Program-made: the position numbers and the translations under genes
Shown here: positions 1-8,337 of the stretch, one piece after another
Position numbering within the stretch: position 1 is the first letter of the stretch
How the letters are laid out: the number at the start of each line of letters is the position of its first letter
IMG/VR virus record: IMGVR_UViG_3300050035_000427
From: an uncultured virus (IMG/VR IMGVR_UViG_3300050035_000427)
Taxonomy: Duplodnaviria > Heunggongvirae > Uroviricota > Caudoviricetes
DNA: 64,000 nucleotides
Direction: 5' to 3' (one strand)
Notes under the pieces: model-generated
Database searches by the model: none
Told to the model about the DNA's origin: nothing
What the model saw: the letters and a program-made list of their open reading frames with translations, nothing else

Positions 1-126
1 TCCTGAGATGGCGAAGCAGTGGTCAAGCGTGCAACCTTCGGGGCACCTGTCCGTCACGGTCGCGTGCATGTCGGCGGCGTCTTCATTGCTGAGGAGCCAT
101 GAATATGCGGTTTTAAACGATGCCAT
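1..126 (-). CDS. N-terminus of a probable lysozyme (GH108-like endolysin), runs off the window
   Basis: ATG at 126 after AAGGAGAG; MASFKTAYSWLLSNEDAADMHATVTDRCPEGCTLDHCFAISG resembles GH108 N-termini as recalled, not searched. Confidence 0.4.
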   Translation of the reverse strand, partial: MASFKTAYSWLLSNEDAADMHATVTDRCPEGCTLDHCFAISG

Positions 127-153
127 TCTCTCTCCTTAAGGCCGTACAGCGCC

Positions 154-657
154 TTACTCGCAAAGCCCATACTTTGATTCGCAAGAAGGGCGTTCTGTGT
201 TACCACGAAAAATATTGAATTGCCTTCCGCCTCGATCTGTCTTTGCCCACTCGATTACTTCATCAATGAAGTTGTACCCTGTTGACTTGATCGGGTCTAT
301 CGGGGGAAAGAACGTCACACCGCTTTCAACTTCATAGCGGCGAACTTTTTCTATCATCTCAGGATAGCGTTCAATCCAGAGGAGAATGTCTTCCTTCCCG
401 CTATTCACACACGGAGCGCAACCGACACGGCCAAATCCAAGTTTGTAAAGATGATTGTATTCCTGCCCATGACCCTCAATGAAATCGAAGCACATCTTTT
501 TAGTCCAGTCAGCTAAAGGCGCATGACACATACAATCGAAGTAGGAATCAAACCAAGAGAACGGCGTATCTTTCCGGCGCTCCGACTCATCCCTTCGCAC
601 TCCAGTGTACCTCTCATAATCCAATCCTGCGTATTCTCCCATCGGGCCGAAATGCAA
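154..657 (-). pseudogene. C-terminal half of a PAPS-reductase-family protein (5' truncated)
   Basis: TGVRRDES, PLADWT, LYKLGFGRVGCAPC motifs; in-frame TGA at ~706-708; N-terminal SGGKDS motif absent. Confidence 0.7.
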
Positions 658-685
658 CTCAGGCTCCGCGTGGAACCTAGAAAAA

Positions 686-862
686 TCAGTATGTGATCGC
701 GACCTTCATCTTGCGGAAGCGGTCGACTGCCTGCTTTGAGTGGTCAACTGCTTGCGCGGTCTGCTTCTTGGTTTGTTCCCAGAAAGAAACCATCGCCTTC
801 CAGCAGGATTCACCGTTCAAAACCACTTTGCCGTTGACTTCAACATTCATTTTCATCACCAT
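686..862 (-). CDS. small hypothetical protein (~58 aa)
   Basis: manual translation MVMKMNVEVNGKVVLNGESCWKAMVSFWEQ...KVAITY*; no clear RBS. Confidence 0.4.
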   Translation of the reverse strand: MVMKMNVEVNGKVVLNGESCWKAMVSFWEQTKKQTAQAVDHSKQAVDRFRKMKVAITY

Positions 863-1309
863 TCAAGTGGGAATCAGGCTGCGGGCCATCTGGGCGTCGT
901 CCCACCCGATCCGCTCCCAGACAGTTCTGTCTTGCGACAGGCCGCAGCCCTCACCCTCGTTAGGAGATAGACATCTCCTGAAATTTGGGTGGAGTCAGTC
1001 GCCCTTCTCCAACTCTCAAGATTCTGGCATCCGTCAATGTCCATGAGAGACCACTCCACTTCGTGGTTTTAAGTATTTCCTGTGGGTGATAGGCGTGGTG
1101 CAACGCCTTGTTTTGCTTCTAGGGTCGGGGAGGGATTGCTCCCTCCCGGATCACCCTCTCCTGCTGCTGCATACAAATACCTCCGCAGCGAGTTCTCGCT
1201 CCACTGATTAGCTGCTCGTTAGGCAGCTAGAAATCGTCACCAAAGAAATAGCCATCGCGCATGGGAAGTCTCCTGTACAGATCTCACCTTGACGAGTGAA
1301 TGATACTAC

Positions 1310-1337
1310 TCTACCGAAGAAAACGGGAAATCAGTTA
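1310..1337 (-). promoter_or_regulatory. phage promoter motif copy 1
   Basis: TAACTGATTT-N13-GTAGA. Confidence 0.55.
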
Positions 1338-1571
1338 TTTTGCCCCAAGAGTGGGCTGGGTGCCGGTCACAAATTCTACATGCCTGATTTCCTTGGCCGT
1401 CTGTTCCGGAGTGGCTTCGACGGTTTCCAGGTGCCTATCCATGTTGGGCTCTACCATCCGTTCACCCAGTGAAGGACTTTCGGCGCTGATGAAGGCGACT
1501 GGACTCAGCTTGATCATGAGTTCTCCCTTGAATCGGAAGAGACTCTTGATTGGGATTTCTGCGAATGTCAT
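1335..1571 (-). CDS. hypothetical protein
   Basis: 78-aa ORF with GAGG RBS. Confidence 0.6.
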   Translation of the reverse strand: MTFAEIPIKSLFRFKGELMIKLSPVAFISAESPSLGERMVEPNMDRHLETVEATPEQTAKEIRHVEFVTGTQPTLGAK

Positions 1572-1580
1572 GTTATGCCT

Positions 1581-2126
1581 CTAGACTGGATACGCTACTT
1601 CAGCGAGTTTCCTTCTCTTGCCGGCGGAAATAGCCGCGCACTCTTCCGGAGAGCGTTTCTTGCCCAGTCTTCCTCTAGCAAAGGACTGAAGAGTTGCCAA
1701 CGCAAGCGGGTGTGGTACTCTTCCTTTCTTCAACGCAGATTGACTATCACAGAATTCCTTAGTCCTTTTCTTTCCTATATTTGCTCTGCGGATTCTTTCA
1801 ACCACTTCTCTAGGCATCTTCCAACCAGACTTACCTTCTCCACCAAGGGTCTCGTTGTAGCCACTACCCAAAGAGGCAAGCGTACCTTGTGATTTGATGA
1901 ACTGCTTCTCGAGATCATTCAACAAACTGACTTCGCAGCAAGCAAGTTCCTGAATGGAAAAGTTGGAAGCACCATACTTTCGGATGGCCCGATACAGAGC
2001 AAAGTCAAGTCCGCTTTTTGCGTTGGCGACATGGTCCTTCCATCTCCCAGCCACCGATTTCGAGGTTTGTCCAACATACTTCTTCTGATTCACCAAGTTG
2101 ACAATAAGATAGATGAATCCATTCAT
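1581..2126 (-). CDS. GIY-YIG homing endonuclease
   Basis: FIYLIVNLVNQKKYVGQT...GYNETLGG, basic NUMOD3-like tail; start reassigned to MNGFIY. Confidence 0.9.
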   Translation of the reverse strand: MNGFIYLIVNLVNQKKYVGQTSKSVAGRWKDHVANAKSGLDFALYRAIRKYGASNFSIQELACCEVSLLNDLEKQFIKSQGTLASLGSGYNETLGGEGKSGWKMPREVVERIRRANIGKKRTKEFCDSQSALKKGRVPHPLALATLQSFARGRLGKKRSPEECAAISAGKRRKLAEVAYPV

Positions 2127-2290
2127 ACCTGATAGGTTCCTTCGAAACAGTCTTTGACATCCTGAAGTCCACAAGTACACTTTGGAGGAGGCTTCGTTCC
2201 GCCTTCTGCCACCTTCTTGTTCCACTCGCTCACTTTGCACTCAGGTGTGTGCTCAGCTTGCTCGAGGTACTCTTGTGCCTTGCTTAGCAT
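2123..2290 (-). CDS. small hypothetical protein with Cys/His motif
   Basis: MLSKAQEYLEQAEHTPECK...KCTCGL. Confidence 0.45.
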   Translation of the reverse strand: MLSKAQEYLEQAEHTPECKVSEWNKKVAEGGTKPPPKCTCGLQDVKDCFEGTYQV

Positions 2291-3339
2291 TTTCGGTTGC
2301 CCACTTGGTGATGATTCCATCCCAGGGTGTCTTCTGAGAGTTTGCTCTCTTCCAGGATGCAACGCGGCGGTCCCAGGATGACGATTTGTACTTGTTCACA
2401 GCCTCTACGAAATCCTTGGGAAGTTCAATCTCGATCTTGTAGTAGGACTCAGTCTGCTTGGCATTGAACGGAGCAACCAATGCTCTGGCTTTCTTCAGAT
2501 AATCACGGAGCCAGCGAAGCTCAGTGTCAATCTTGGGATCGTCCTCATCCTTCTTGAGAGCATCGTTCATCAAGCGAAGCAAGCTGGTGCAGTAGTTGGT
2601 ACGAGGAGTGCTGTACTTCAGATCTCTGAATTTGTCTTCCTTTTCACTACCTGCCAGAGCCGCTTCCATCTCCGCACGATACTTTTGGAGCTTTCCGTAC
2701 TCAACCGCTGTGAGATCAGCACCTTCAAGTTTCTGACCACACAGCTTCTCATACTTCTTTATGATCTCTGGCATGCGATTATTCTTATCATCTGCCAGAA
2801 GTGAAAGTAGCAGTTGCTCGAGCTCAGGCCACCGCTTGGGAGCAATGTGAGGAGGAGACGTCCATCTCTCTTTGGAACCATAGGAATTTGTGTTATTGAA
2901 CGCGAACTCGCCTGAAGTTCCGCCGTAGTAATACATCATGTCGTAGTCATCTTTGACTGCAATCATGGCTGCTTCAAGACTAGCATCACGCTCCTTGTAA
3001 TTCTTGAAAGCGTTGAATGTCAGCACATCTCCGAATCTCGTAGAACAGCAAGCCAGAACGAGGTCATGAAGATCCTGGCGCCAAGGCGACGAGCATCTGT
3101 AGTAGTATTGCTTGAGGAAGGCCTCCAGCTTGTTTCCGACCTTTTCGATGCCGGTAGTCTCAGTGTCGTATGAATCCTTGGTAGTCGGAGGCGGAGTTGC
3201 CACTCCCTGCTTCAGCAAGGCAATTGCTGCTTCTTCGAACTCTGGCCAAGGCTTCTCAGCATTGACTCTGAGATAGGTGTTGCTAACGAAGTTCTGTTTG
3301 TAATAGGTGAGGACTGCCTGCAGGTCGTTCATGGTCATC
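2253..3339 (-). CDS. hypothetical protein, possibly 5' truncated
   Basis: long ORF with internal PW/RWPE(F/L)E repeats; the 5' extension in the ORF track overlaps Y-RNA-like elements; no RBS. Confidence 0.7.
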
Positions 3340-3352
3340 TTCTGCAGCAGGG

Positions 3353-3389
3353 GTCGAACCAAAGATAACCCAAATCTAACGGCTCGTAC
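3353..3389 (-). ncRNA. truncated 5' end of a Y-RNA-like element
   Basis: GTACGAGCCGTTAGATTTGGGTTATC matches the 5' motif of the adjacent copy; complementary 3' strand missing. Confidence 0.5.
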
Positions 3390-3398
3390 AAAACTTTC

Positions 3399-3547
3399 TG
3401 CACATGAACGAAGAGCGAACTGGAAAATTGTTGGACACTGTAAAAGTACTCTTGAGCTAGCATCCCGAAAGATGGAAATACTCAGGAGAACGACAGTCAA
3501 TGACCGCCACAGTTAGGTAGATAATCCAATCCAACGGCTCGTGTGCA
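3399..3547 (-). ncRNA. Y RNA (YrlA)-like RNA
   Basis: terminal stem TGCACACGAGC/GTTCATGTGCA, GCCG...TTATC motif, internal hairpins. Confidence 0.6.
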
Positions 3548-3648
3548 AACTGTGGGCAACCCACCGGGCTGCCTCTGGACTATCGATACGCTGAATATTC
3601 AGAAAAGTAAACACTTTTAATTGAACATCTGACTTTTTGCTCCATTGT

Positions 3649-4455
3649 ATGGAATGTTCATACTGCCACACCAATCCTTGTAGACCAGGCTTCGACACCT
3701 GCAGTCGTAGTTGTGCTTCCTCTAGAGCCAACAGTAATCGAAAACTATCTGAGGAGACTAAAGAGAAAATTAGAAGAACTCTTCAATCCAAGTATCCTGT
3801 CAGAAAATGCCCTATATGTGAAAAATTGTTCCGTCGTAAACAAGAGTACTGCAGCAGGTCTTGTGACATGAAATCTAGAATGAGAGATCCTGTCCAGAGG
3901 AAAGCAGTGTCTGATTTTATGAAATCTGCTCCTCATAAGGGCTGGAAATCGAGATCGATGTCCTCCTATGCAGAGCTGTTTTGGATTGACATTCTCGCTA
4001 GAGAACAAGTCAGCTTTATCCGTGAAAAAGTCATGTCAAAGAAGAGCTTAGGAATTGAATCCTCCGGAAGCTATTTCCTCGACTTTTTCTTTCCTCAATT
4101 GAACCTAGATTTAGAAATAGATGGTAGCCAACATCTCAATCCTGTGGCAAAAACCAAAGATGACGAACGTGATTTAATCCTAGAAAGAAATGGGATTCAT
4201 GTTGTGAGAATGCCTTGGAAGGGATTGACCAGACATCTAAAATTCACATTTTCACAAGTGGAAGAAGTTCTTATAATGGTCGGGGTGAGGCATTTCGAAA
4301 GCCCAACCTCATGTTCCCAAAACATGTGCTCTACCCTTGAGCTACACCCCGACATGTTAAACCTTTTCTGCGTGCCGGATTTGACCGGCGTTTCCGTCCT
4401 CAATGGACGGCGTGCTGTCCGCTTACGGAATCCTGCCCAGGCGATGCGTCTATAG
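3649..4455 (+). CDS. DUF559/Vsr-like PD-(D/E)XK homing endonuclease, antisense within tRNA operon 1
   Basis: CSRSC zinc motifs, YFLDFFF..LDLEIDGSQH...DDERD..L..NGIHVVR; 3' end reads antisense through tRNA-Pro. Confidence 0.85.
   Translation: MECSYCHTNPCRPGFDTCSRSCASSRANSNRKLSEETKEKIRRTLQSKYPVRKCPICEKLFRRKQEYCSRSCDMKSRMRDPVQRKAVSDFMKSAPHKGWKSRSMSSYAELFWIDILAREQVSFIREKVMSKKSLGIESSGSYFLDFFFPQLNLDLEIDGSQHLNPVAKTKDDERDLILERNGIHVVRMPWKGLTRHLKFTFSQVEEVLIMVGVRHFESPTSCSQNMCSTLELHPDMLNLFCVPDLTGVSVLNGRRAVRLRNPAQAMRL
4277..4351 (-). tRNA. tRNA-Pro(TGG)
   Basis: cloverleaf; anticodon arm CATGT-TT TGG GA-ACATG; CCA encoded; imperfect T stem. Confidence 0.9.
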
Positions 4456-4534
4456 CCACAAAGTCCAGACATTCTACCTGCTGCCCTTTGTTCTCACCCG
4501 TCGGCAAGATCTCAGGCTCTATTGCACTATCGCA
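4368..4534 (-). ncRNA. tRNA-like element with ~100-nt insertion in the D loop
   Basis: TGCG/CGCA end stem, GTGC/GCAC D stem, CCGTCC/GGACGG arm, GCCGG-TCAAAT-CCGGC T-like arm. Confidence 0.5.
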
Positions 4535-4539
4535 AACTT

Positions 4540-4616
4540 TGGTCGGGATAACTGGATTCGAACCAGCGACCTCACCCACCCCAAGGGTGCGCTCTACCAG
4601 GCTGAGCCATATCCCG
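4540..4616 (-). tRNA. tRNA-Pro(GGG)
   Basis: cloverleaf; CACCC-TT GGG GT-GGGTG; GGTTCGAATCC; CCA. Confidence 0.95.
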
Positions 4617-4713
4617 ACAAACTGTGCCGCGTCCGATGTTGTCTCTTGTCAACTTGAGGCTGGTTGGCTCTTCAAGTCACATCCTAGTGCGGCTTACTAC
4701 GCTCTTCAAACTT

Positions 4714-4788
4714 TGGTGGACTCGAACGGGATTGAACCGCCGACGCCAACCTCTTCAGGGTTGCGCTCTACCACTGAGCTACGAGTCC
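4714..4788 (-). tRNA. tRNA-Phe(GAA)
   Basis: cloverleaf; CAACC-CT GAA GA-GGTTG; CCA. Confidence 0.95.
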
Positions 4789-4803
4789 ACATACAGCAAA
4801 AAT

Positions 4804-4880
4804 TGGTCGGCGTGGTCAGATTTGAACTGACGGCCCCTTGTTCCCGAAACAAGTGCGCTACCAGGCTGCGCTACACACCG
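4804..4880 (-). tRNA. tRNA-Pro(CGG)
   Basis: cloverleaf; CTTGT-TT CGG GA-ACAAG; CCA. Confidence 0.95.
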
Positions 4881-4991
4881 ATGTTACATAGCACAGTTGT
4901 CTAGGATTGGAGAACGGAATTGTGTGAGGAATTTCTTCTCACCCTCCTGCTAGAGCAACTGGCGTCGCCCGAGGAGAGGAGTCTTTAGGAC

Positions 4992-5051
4992 TTAACCCTC
5001 CGCGAGCCTTGCAGGTTGCGGTCGAAATCGAAATGTTGGTCGCATTCTCAT
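4992..5051 (-). CDS. putative leader peptide of tRNA operon 1 (MRMRPTFRFRPQPARLAEG)
   Basis: ATG 8 nt after promoter GTAGA (leaderless); contains CCA, CCG, CCT and 2x TTT matching the downstream tRNAs; hairpin over stop codon. Confidence 0.6.
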   Translation of the reverse strand: MRMRPTFRFRPQPARLAEG

Positions 5052-5059
5052 GATCTCAC

Positions 5060-5087
5060 TCTACTGACCTGGTTCGAAAACCGGGTA
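5060..5087 (-). promoter_or_regulatory. phage promoter motif copy 2 (tRNA operon 1)
   Basis: TACCCGGTTT-N13-GTAGA. Confidence 0.6.
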
Positions 5088-5135
5088 CAAATCGATGATA
5101 CCTCAGTTTTTGGAAATACGGGAAGAAAAATTTGC

Positions 5136-5297
5136 CTAGGACATCCAACCACGAAAACGGAGCTTGGTGGGAGCATCCTCTAGAAGCTGTTTGCCCATAC
5201 GACGCATGGCCTTGGCCGCGAACTTCTTGCGGAATTGACGAGCCTTGCTGGGACGCTTGCAGCTGACGTCGATCTGCTCAATGGAGACGAATTTCAT
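5136..5297 (-). CDS. small basic hypothetical protein (53 aa)
   Basis: AAAGGTG RBS; MKFVSIEQIDVSCKRPSKARQFRKKFAAKAMRRMGKQLLEDAPTKLRFRGWMS; below the ORF-track cutoff. Confidence 0.7.
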   Translation of the reverse strand: MKFVSIEQIDVSCKRPSKARQFRKKFAAKAMRRMGKQLLEDAPTKLRFRGWMS

Positions 5298-5369
5298 GTC
5301 TTCACCTTTTCTGAGCTATACTGAACTCAAGTTCACTGAATAAGTGAAACAGTCGTTGAAAAGTGTATC

Positions 5370-5663
5370 TTAATCGTTGAAAAGTGTAACCTTGATGCCG
5401 CGAGCCTCAGGAACGGTGCGAAGACTTTCGCGAGTGGGAATCAGTTCGTATGCCAGCAGGTCGCCTTCTTCATCGCGAACCACGTTGTCGACTACGAAAG
5501 TCACTTCTTTGCGTCCAACAATCACCAGGCCCTCATCGCAGGCATCAGGATAAACCCGCTGGAAAATGCTGCCGCCACCTTGAAGATCGCTCAGTTCGGC
5601 GCAAAGGACCGTTTGTCCGTCTTCCGTGGTCTTGGTGAATTTCTGGATGCTAAAAGTTGCCAT
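5370..5663 (-). CDS. hypothetical protein
   Basis: GAGGAGG RBS, promoter motif upstream. Confidence 0.8.
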   Translation of the reverse strand: MATFSIQKFTKTTEDGQTVLCAELSDLQGGGSIFQRVYPDACDEGLVIVGRKEVTFVVDNVVRDEEGDLLAYELIPTRESLRTVPEARGIKVTLFND

Positions 5664-5684
5664 TTGTCATTCCCTCCCTCATTC

Positions 5685-5712
5685 TCTACTGACAGAGAAC
5701 TCGGATCGGGTA
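5685..5712 (-). promoter_or_regulatory. phage promoter motif copy 3
   Basis: TACCCGATCC-N13-GTAGA. Confidence 0.65.
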
Positions 5713-5720
5713 ACAGACCG

Positions 5721-6263
5721 CTAGTCCTTCCACTTTCTGTTCTTGCGACCGATCTGCTTCATCCTCTTCATCCACTTGTCCATCAGCATCGAACGATCCA
5801 GCTTCTTCAGGTAGTCCACGATCAGGACTCCGTTCAGATGATCGATCTCATGCTGAATGCGGCGAGCCTCTTCACCAGTGAAGGTGCGGCTGAATGGAAT
5901 GAGCTTCACTTCCGGATCGTCATCCTCACCAATTGCGGTGATCGTGATTTCCCGATAGCGAGGGACTGAAACCCTGATCTGCGGAAGGCTGAGACATCCT
6001 TCCAGCTTGGCATCCTTCTCTTCAGAGTGAGCAGTGATGACTGGATTGACCAGTCCTAGTAGCATTCCACTGTTGGACTGATAGACAATGATGCGCCGGG
6101 TATCTCCTGCCTGATTGGCAGCTAAACCAGCCGCCTTATGACTATCCACCACGATCTTCATGTAGTGCAGGATGTCGAGCGTGCCTTCGATATCAGCCGG
6201 GAAGTCCACCGGAATACACGGATGCAACAGGATTGAATCTGGGTACTGCTTTACTGGCATCAT
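5721..6263 (-). CDS. def: peptide deformylase
   Basis: GLAANQ, EGCLS and QHEIDHLNG signature motifs. Confidence 0.95.
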   Translation of the reverse strand: MMPVKQYPDSILLHPCIPVDFPADIEGTLDILHYMKIVVDSHKAAGLAANQAGDTRRIIVYQSNSGMLLGLVNPVITAHSEEKDAKLEGCLSLPQIRVSVPRYREITITAIGEDDDPEVKLIPFSRTFTGEEARRIQHEIDHLNGVLIVDYLKKLDRSMLMDKWMKRMKQIGRKNRKWKD

Positions 6264-6387
6264 CTCTTTCCTTCTCTTCCTCGACATCCGGAGGGTTGCA
6301 ATCCGGGCAGGGAATGGTCCCCTTGCTGTTGCTGATAAACCCAACATCCTTACAATGCTTGCATTCGATACTCGGCTGCGGCTTCAA
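6193..6387 (-). CDS. small zinc-finger protein
   Basis: CKHC...CPDC. Confidence 0.5.
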   Translation of the reverse strand: MKPQPSIECKHCKDVGFISNSKGTIPCPDCNPPDVEEEKERDDASKAVPRFNPVASVYSGGLPG

Positions 6388-6485
6388 ACCCGATCCTCCC
6401 CATCATATTACTCTACTGACGACTAGGAAGACCAAACTTTCCTAGAGTACTCTTCTACGGAATGTCCAACAAAAGTAGCTACTGT

Positions 6486-6878
6486 CTAGAACTCCAGGCT
6501 CAGGATATGGTTTCGAATACTGGCCAAATTGGCTTTTGAGAGGATCTTCACTCTTGTTGGAAGGCTGCCACGCAGTTCACTCTCAGAAATTCCAGAGATC
6601 ATCATCACGTGTTTTGGTTTTGTGGATTCATCCCAGGTCAGGATCTCGTTCAGAAACTCCACTCCTGATACATAGGGCATCTGATAATCGCTCATCACGA
6701 GATCAAACGGAACTCCATCTATTGATGCGCGGCGGCAAGCTGATATTGCAGCACCGCCATTCCAGGTTGTCTTGATGTTTTCAGCAGAGTAACCCAGGTC
6801 TATGATCATAGTACATAGAGCATCCTGGATTTCCTTGTCATCGTCTACAACAAGGACTTTCACGTCTTTCACTTCCAT
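6486..6878 (-). CDS. single-domain response regulator (receiver/CheY-like)
   Basis: VLVVDDD, DLVMSDYQMP..SG.EF, MISG, LSK. Confidence 0.9.
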   Translation of the reverse strand: MEVKDVKVLVVDDDKEIQDALCTMIIDLGYSAENIKTTWNGGAAISACRRASIDGVPFDLVMSDYQMPYVSGVEFLNEILTWDESTKPKHVMMISGISESELRGSLPTRVKILSKANLASIRNHILSLEF

Positions 6879-7357
6879 TGGAGTTTCACCCGTTCTATCA
6901 AGAATTTCTGAGCAGCTTCATGATCGTCAAGATTCACACCCTTGATAATTCCAGATTCTACAATTCCGCTCAGGCAGGAAGGCCGTCCGGTCAGGAAATC
7001 GAATGAACCGACCGGAGACTTCTGCACAGTGTTGCTTATCCAATCAGCCTCGCCGCCTTGGTACTCGTTGGCGTCATCAATGGCTTGTTGAGCAGAAACA
7101 GCGTTCTCAACTTTCTCGGCATCGTAGCAAGTTTGGTAGATGGACACACCCTCTAATCGAACGATTTCGTAGTTGTACACTGCTCCATTCCAACCGTAGA
7201 CCATCCAAATGGGATTGGAAATTCCCACTTGCTCCGGAGTCTCCAAGTCTACTTCTGCACATACAGCCATGCCGCCCAAGTAACCACAGTCAGGTTCCTG
7301 TTCGGTAGAAGTAAACGTGGACCAGTTTTTAGAACTGGGGATCAGGATTGATGACAC
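6869..7357 (-). CDS. hypothetical protein
   Basis: 162-aa ORF with RBS. Confidence 0.7.
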   Translation of the reverse strand: MSSILIPSSKNWSTFTSTEQEPDCGYLGGMAVCAEVDLETPEQVGISNPIWMVYGWNGAVYNYEIVRLEGVSIYQTCYDAEKVENAVSAQQAIDDANEYQGGEADWISNTVQKSPVGSFDFLTGRPSCLSGIVESGIIKGVNLDDHEAAQKFLIERVKLQWK

Positions 7358-7404
7358 TTTGAGGCTCTCCTATGAATCGTCTACGCGATCGCTATGAAGA
7401 AGAG

Positions 7405-8337
7405 CTAATTCTGTGGTCGTTCATCACAGGAGAACACAAGGAAAGGGCAGTTGGTGAATCTCGAGGTCAGATTGTGGAACTCGTCATTCGTGTTGAAGAA
7501 GTCGGTGACGATCTGAACAGATTTCATTCTGGGAATCAGAACCTTGACATTTGCAGTCCGGACCGCCCCATAGACATGACTGGTGACCCAGCGCGAGAAC
7601 AAGACTTCGTTCAGAATTTCGCCACCACTCTTGCTGATGAACGAGTAGTCGATCCCAGGAGTCTTGAAGCTGCCATCCTCCTGAGGAATGATGATGCCTG
7701 GCGTTGCCGGCCACGAGATGAAGTAGACGCGGGTGCCAGGGATGGTCACGAGATACTTGTCGCCACCGGCTCCGATCATGCTCACATTGAGAGAGTCCGC
7801 AAAGGCCGGTGTGCTTCCAGTAGGAGACACTCTCCAACTGTTCGCCATGCCGAACTTCTCAATCATCCGGAGAGCCTTGAGTGCAGACAAATCGTTGTTG
7901 TAACGCAGATCATCGAACCGGGTGGCATTCTTGACCATGGTGGCTTTGGACACGAAAGGCGACTTTTCCTTGTCCTTGTAGAAGGCCTCGAGACTATCAA
8001 GTTGCTTCTTCGCTTCGGCTGTGTTGTAAGCAAATCCCAAGTATTTCTGCAGGTTCATCAAGACTTGAGTGAACAGACTGTAGTCCAGCAGACCATAGAG
8101 ATGGTCAAGGATCTGCTCCTGATCGTAGGGAGTCTGCACAGAACGAACCTCTGGTCCCTTCTCAAACCAGACGTCAGTCAATTTTCTTCCTAGAATACCA
8201 CTCCAATGATCCGTACGACTGAATGGGAGCATGGTGAAAACTCGATGAAATTCCCTTTCTAGGGATTCTTCAGAGGAGAACATACTGATAATTTCCTCTG
8301 CGAATTTCTTTGCCACACGTTGATATACTTCCTGCAT
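7405..8337 (-). CDS. hypothetical protein
   Basis: 310-aa ORF, phage-like codon use, GGAG RBS. Confidence 0.8.
   Translation of the reverse strand: MQEVYQRVAKKFAEEIISMFSSEESLEREFHRVFTMLPFSRTDHWSGILGRKLTDVWFEKGPEVRSVQTPYDQEQILDHLYGLLDYSLFTQVLMNLQKYLGFAYNTAEAKKQLDSLEAFYKDKEKSPFVSKATMVKNATRFDDLRYNNDLSALKALRMIEKFGMANSWRVSPTGSTPAFADSLNVSMIGAGGDKYLVTIPGTRVYFISWPATPGIIIPQEDGSFKTPGIDYSFISKSGGEILNEVLFSRWVTSHVYGAVRTANVKVLIPRMKSVQIVTDFFNTNDEFHNLTSRFTNCPFLVFSCDERPQN

Noticed and set aside
3340..3500. N-terminal extension of ORF 2253-3500
   Set aside because: It overlaps the Y-RNA-like elements and looks non-coding.
4197..4904. ORF-track proteins over tRNA operon 1
   Set aside because: Spurious translations of tRNA/ncRNA sequence.
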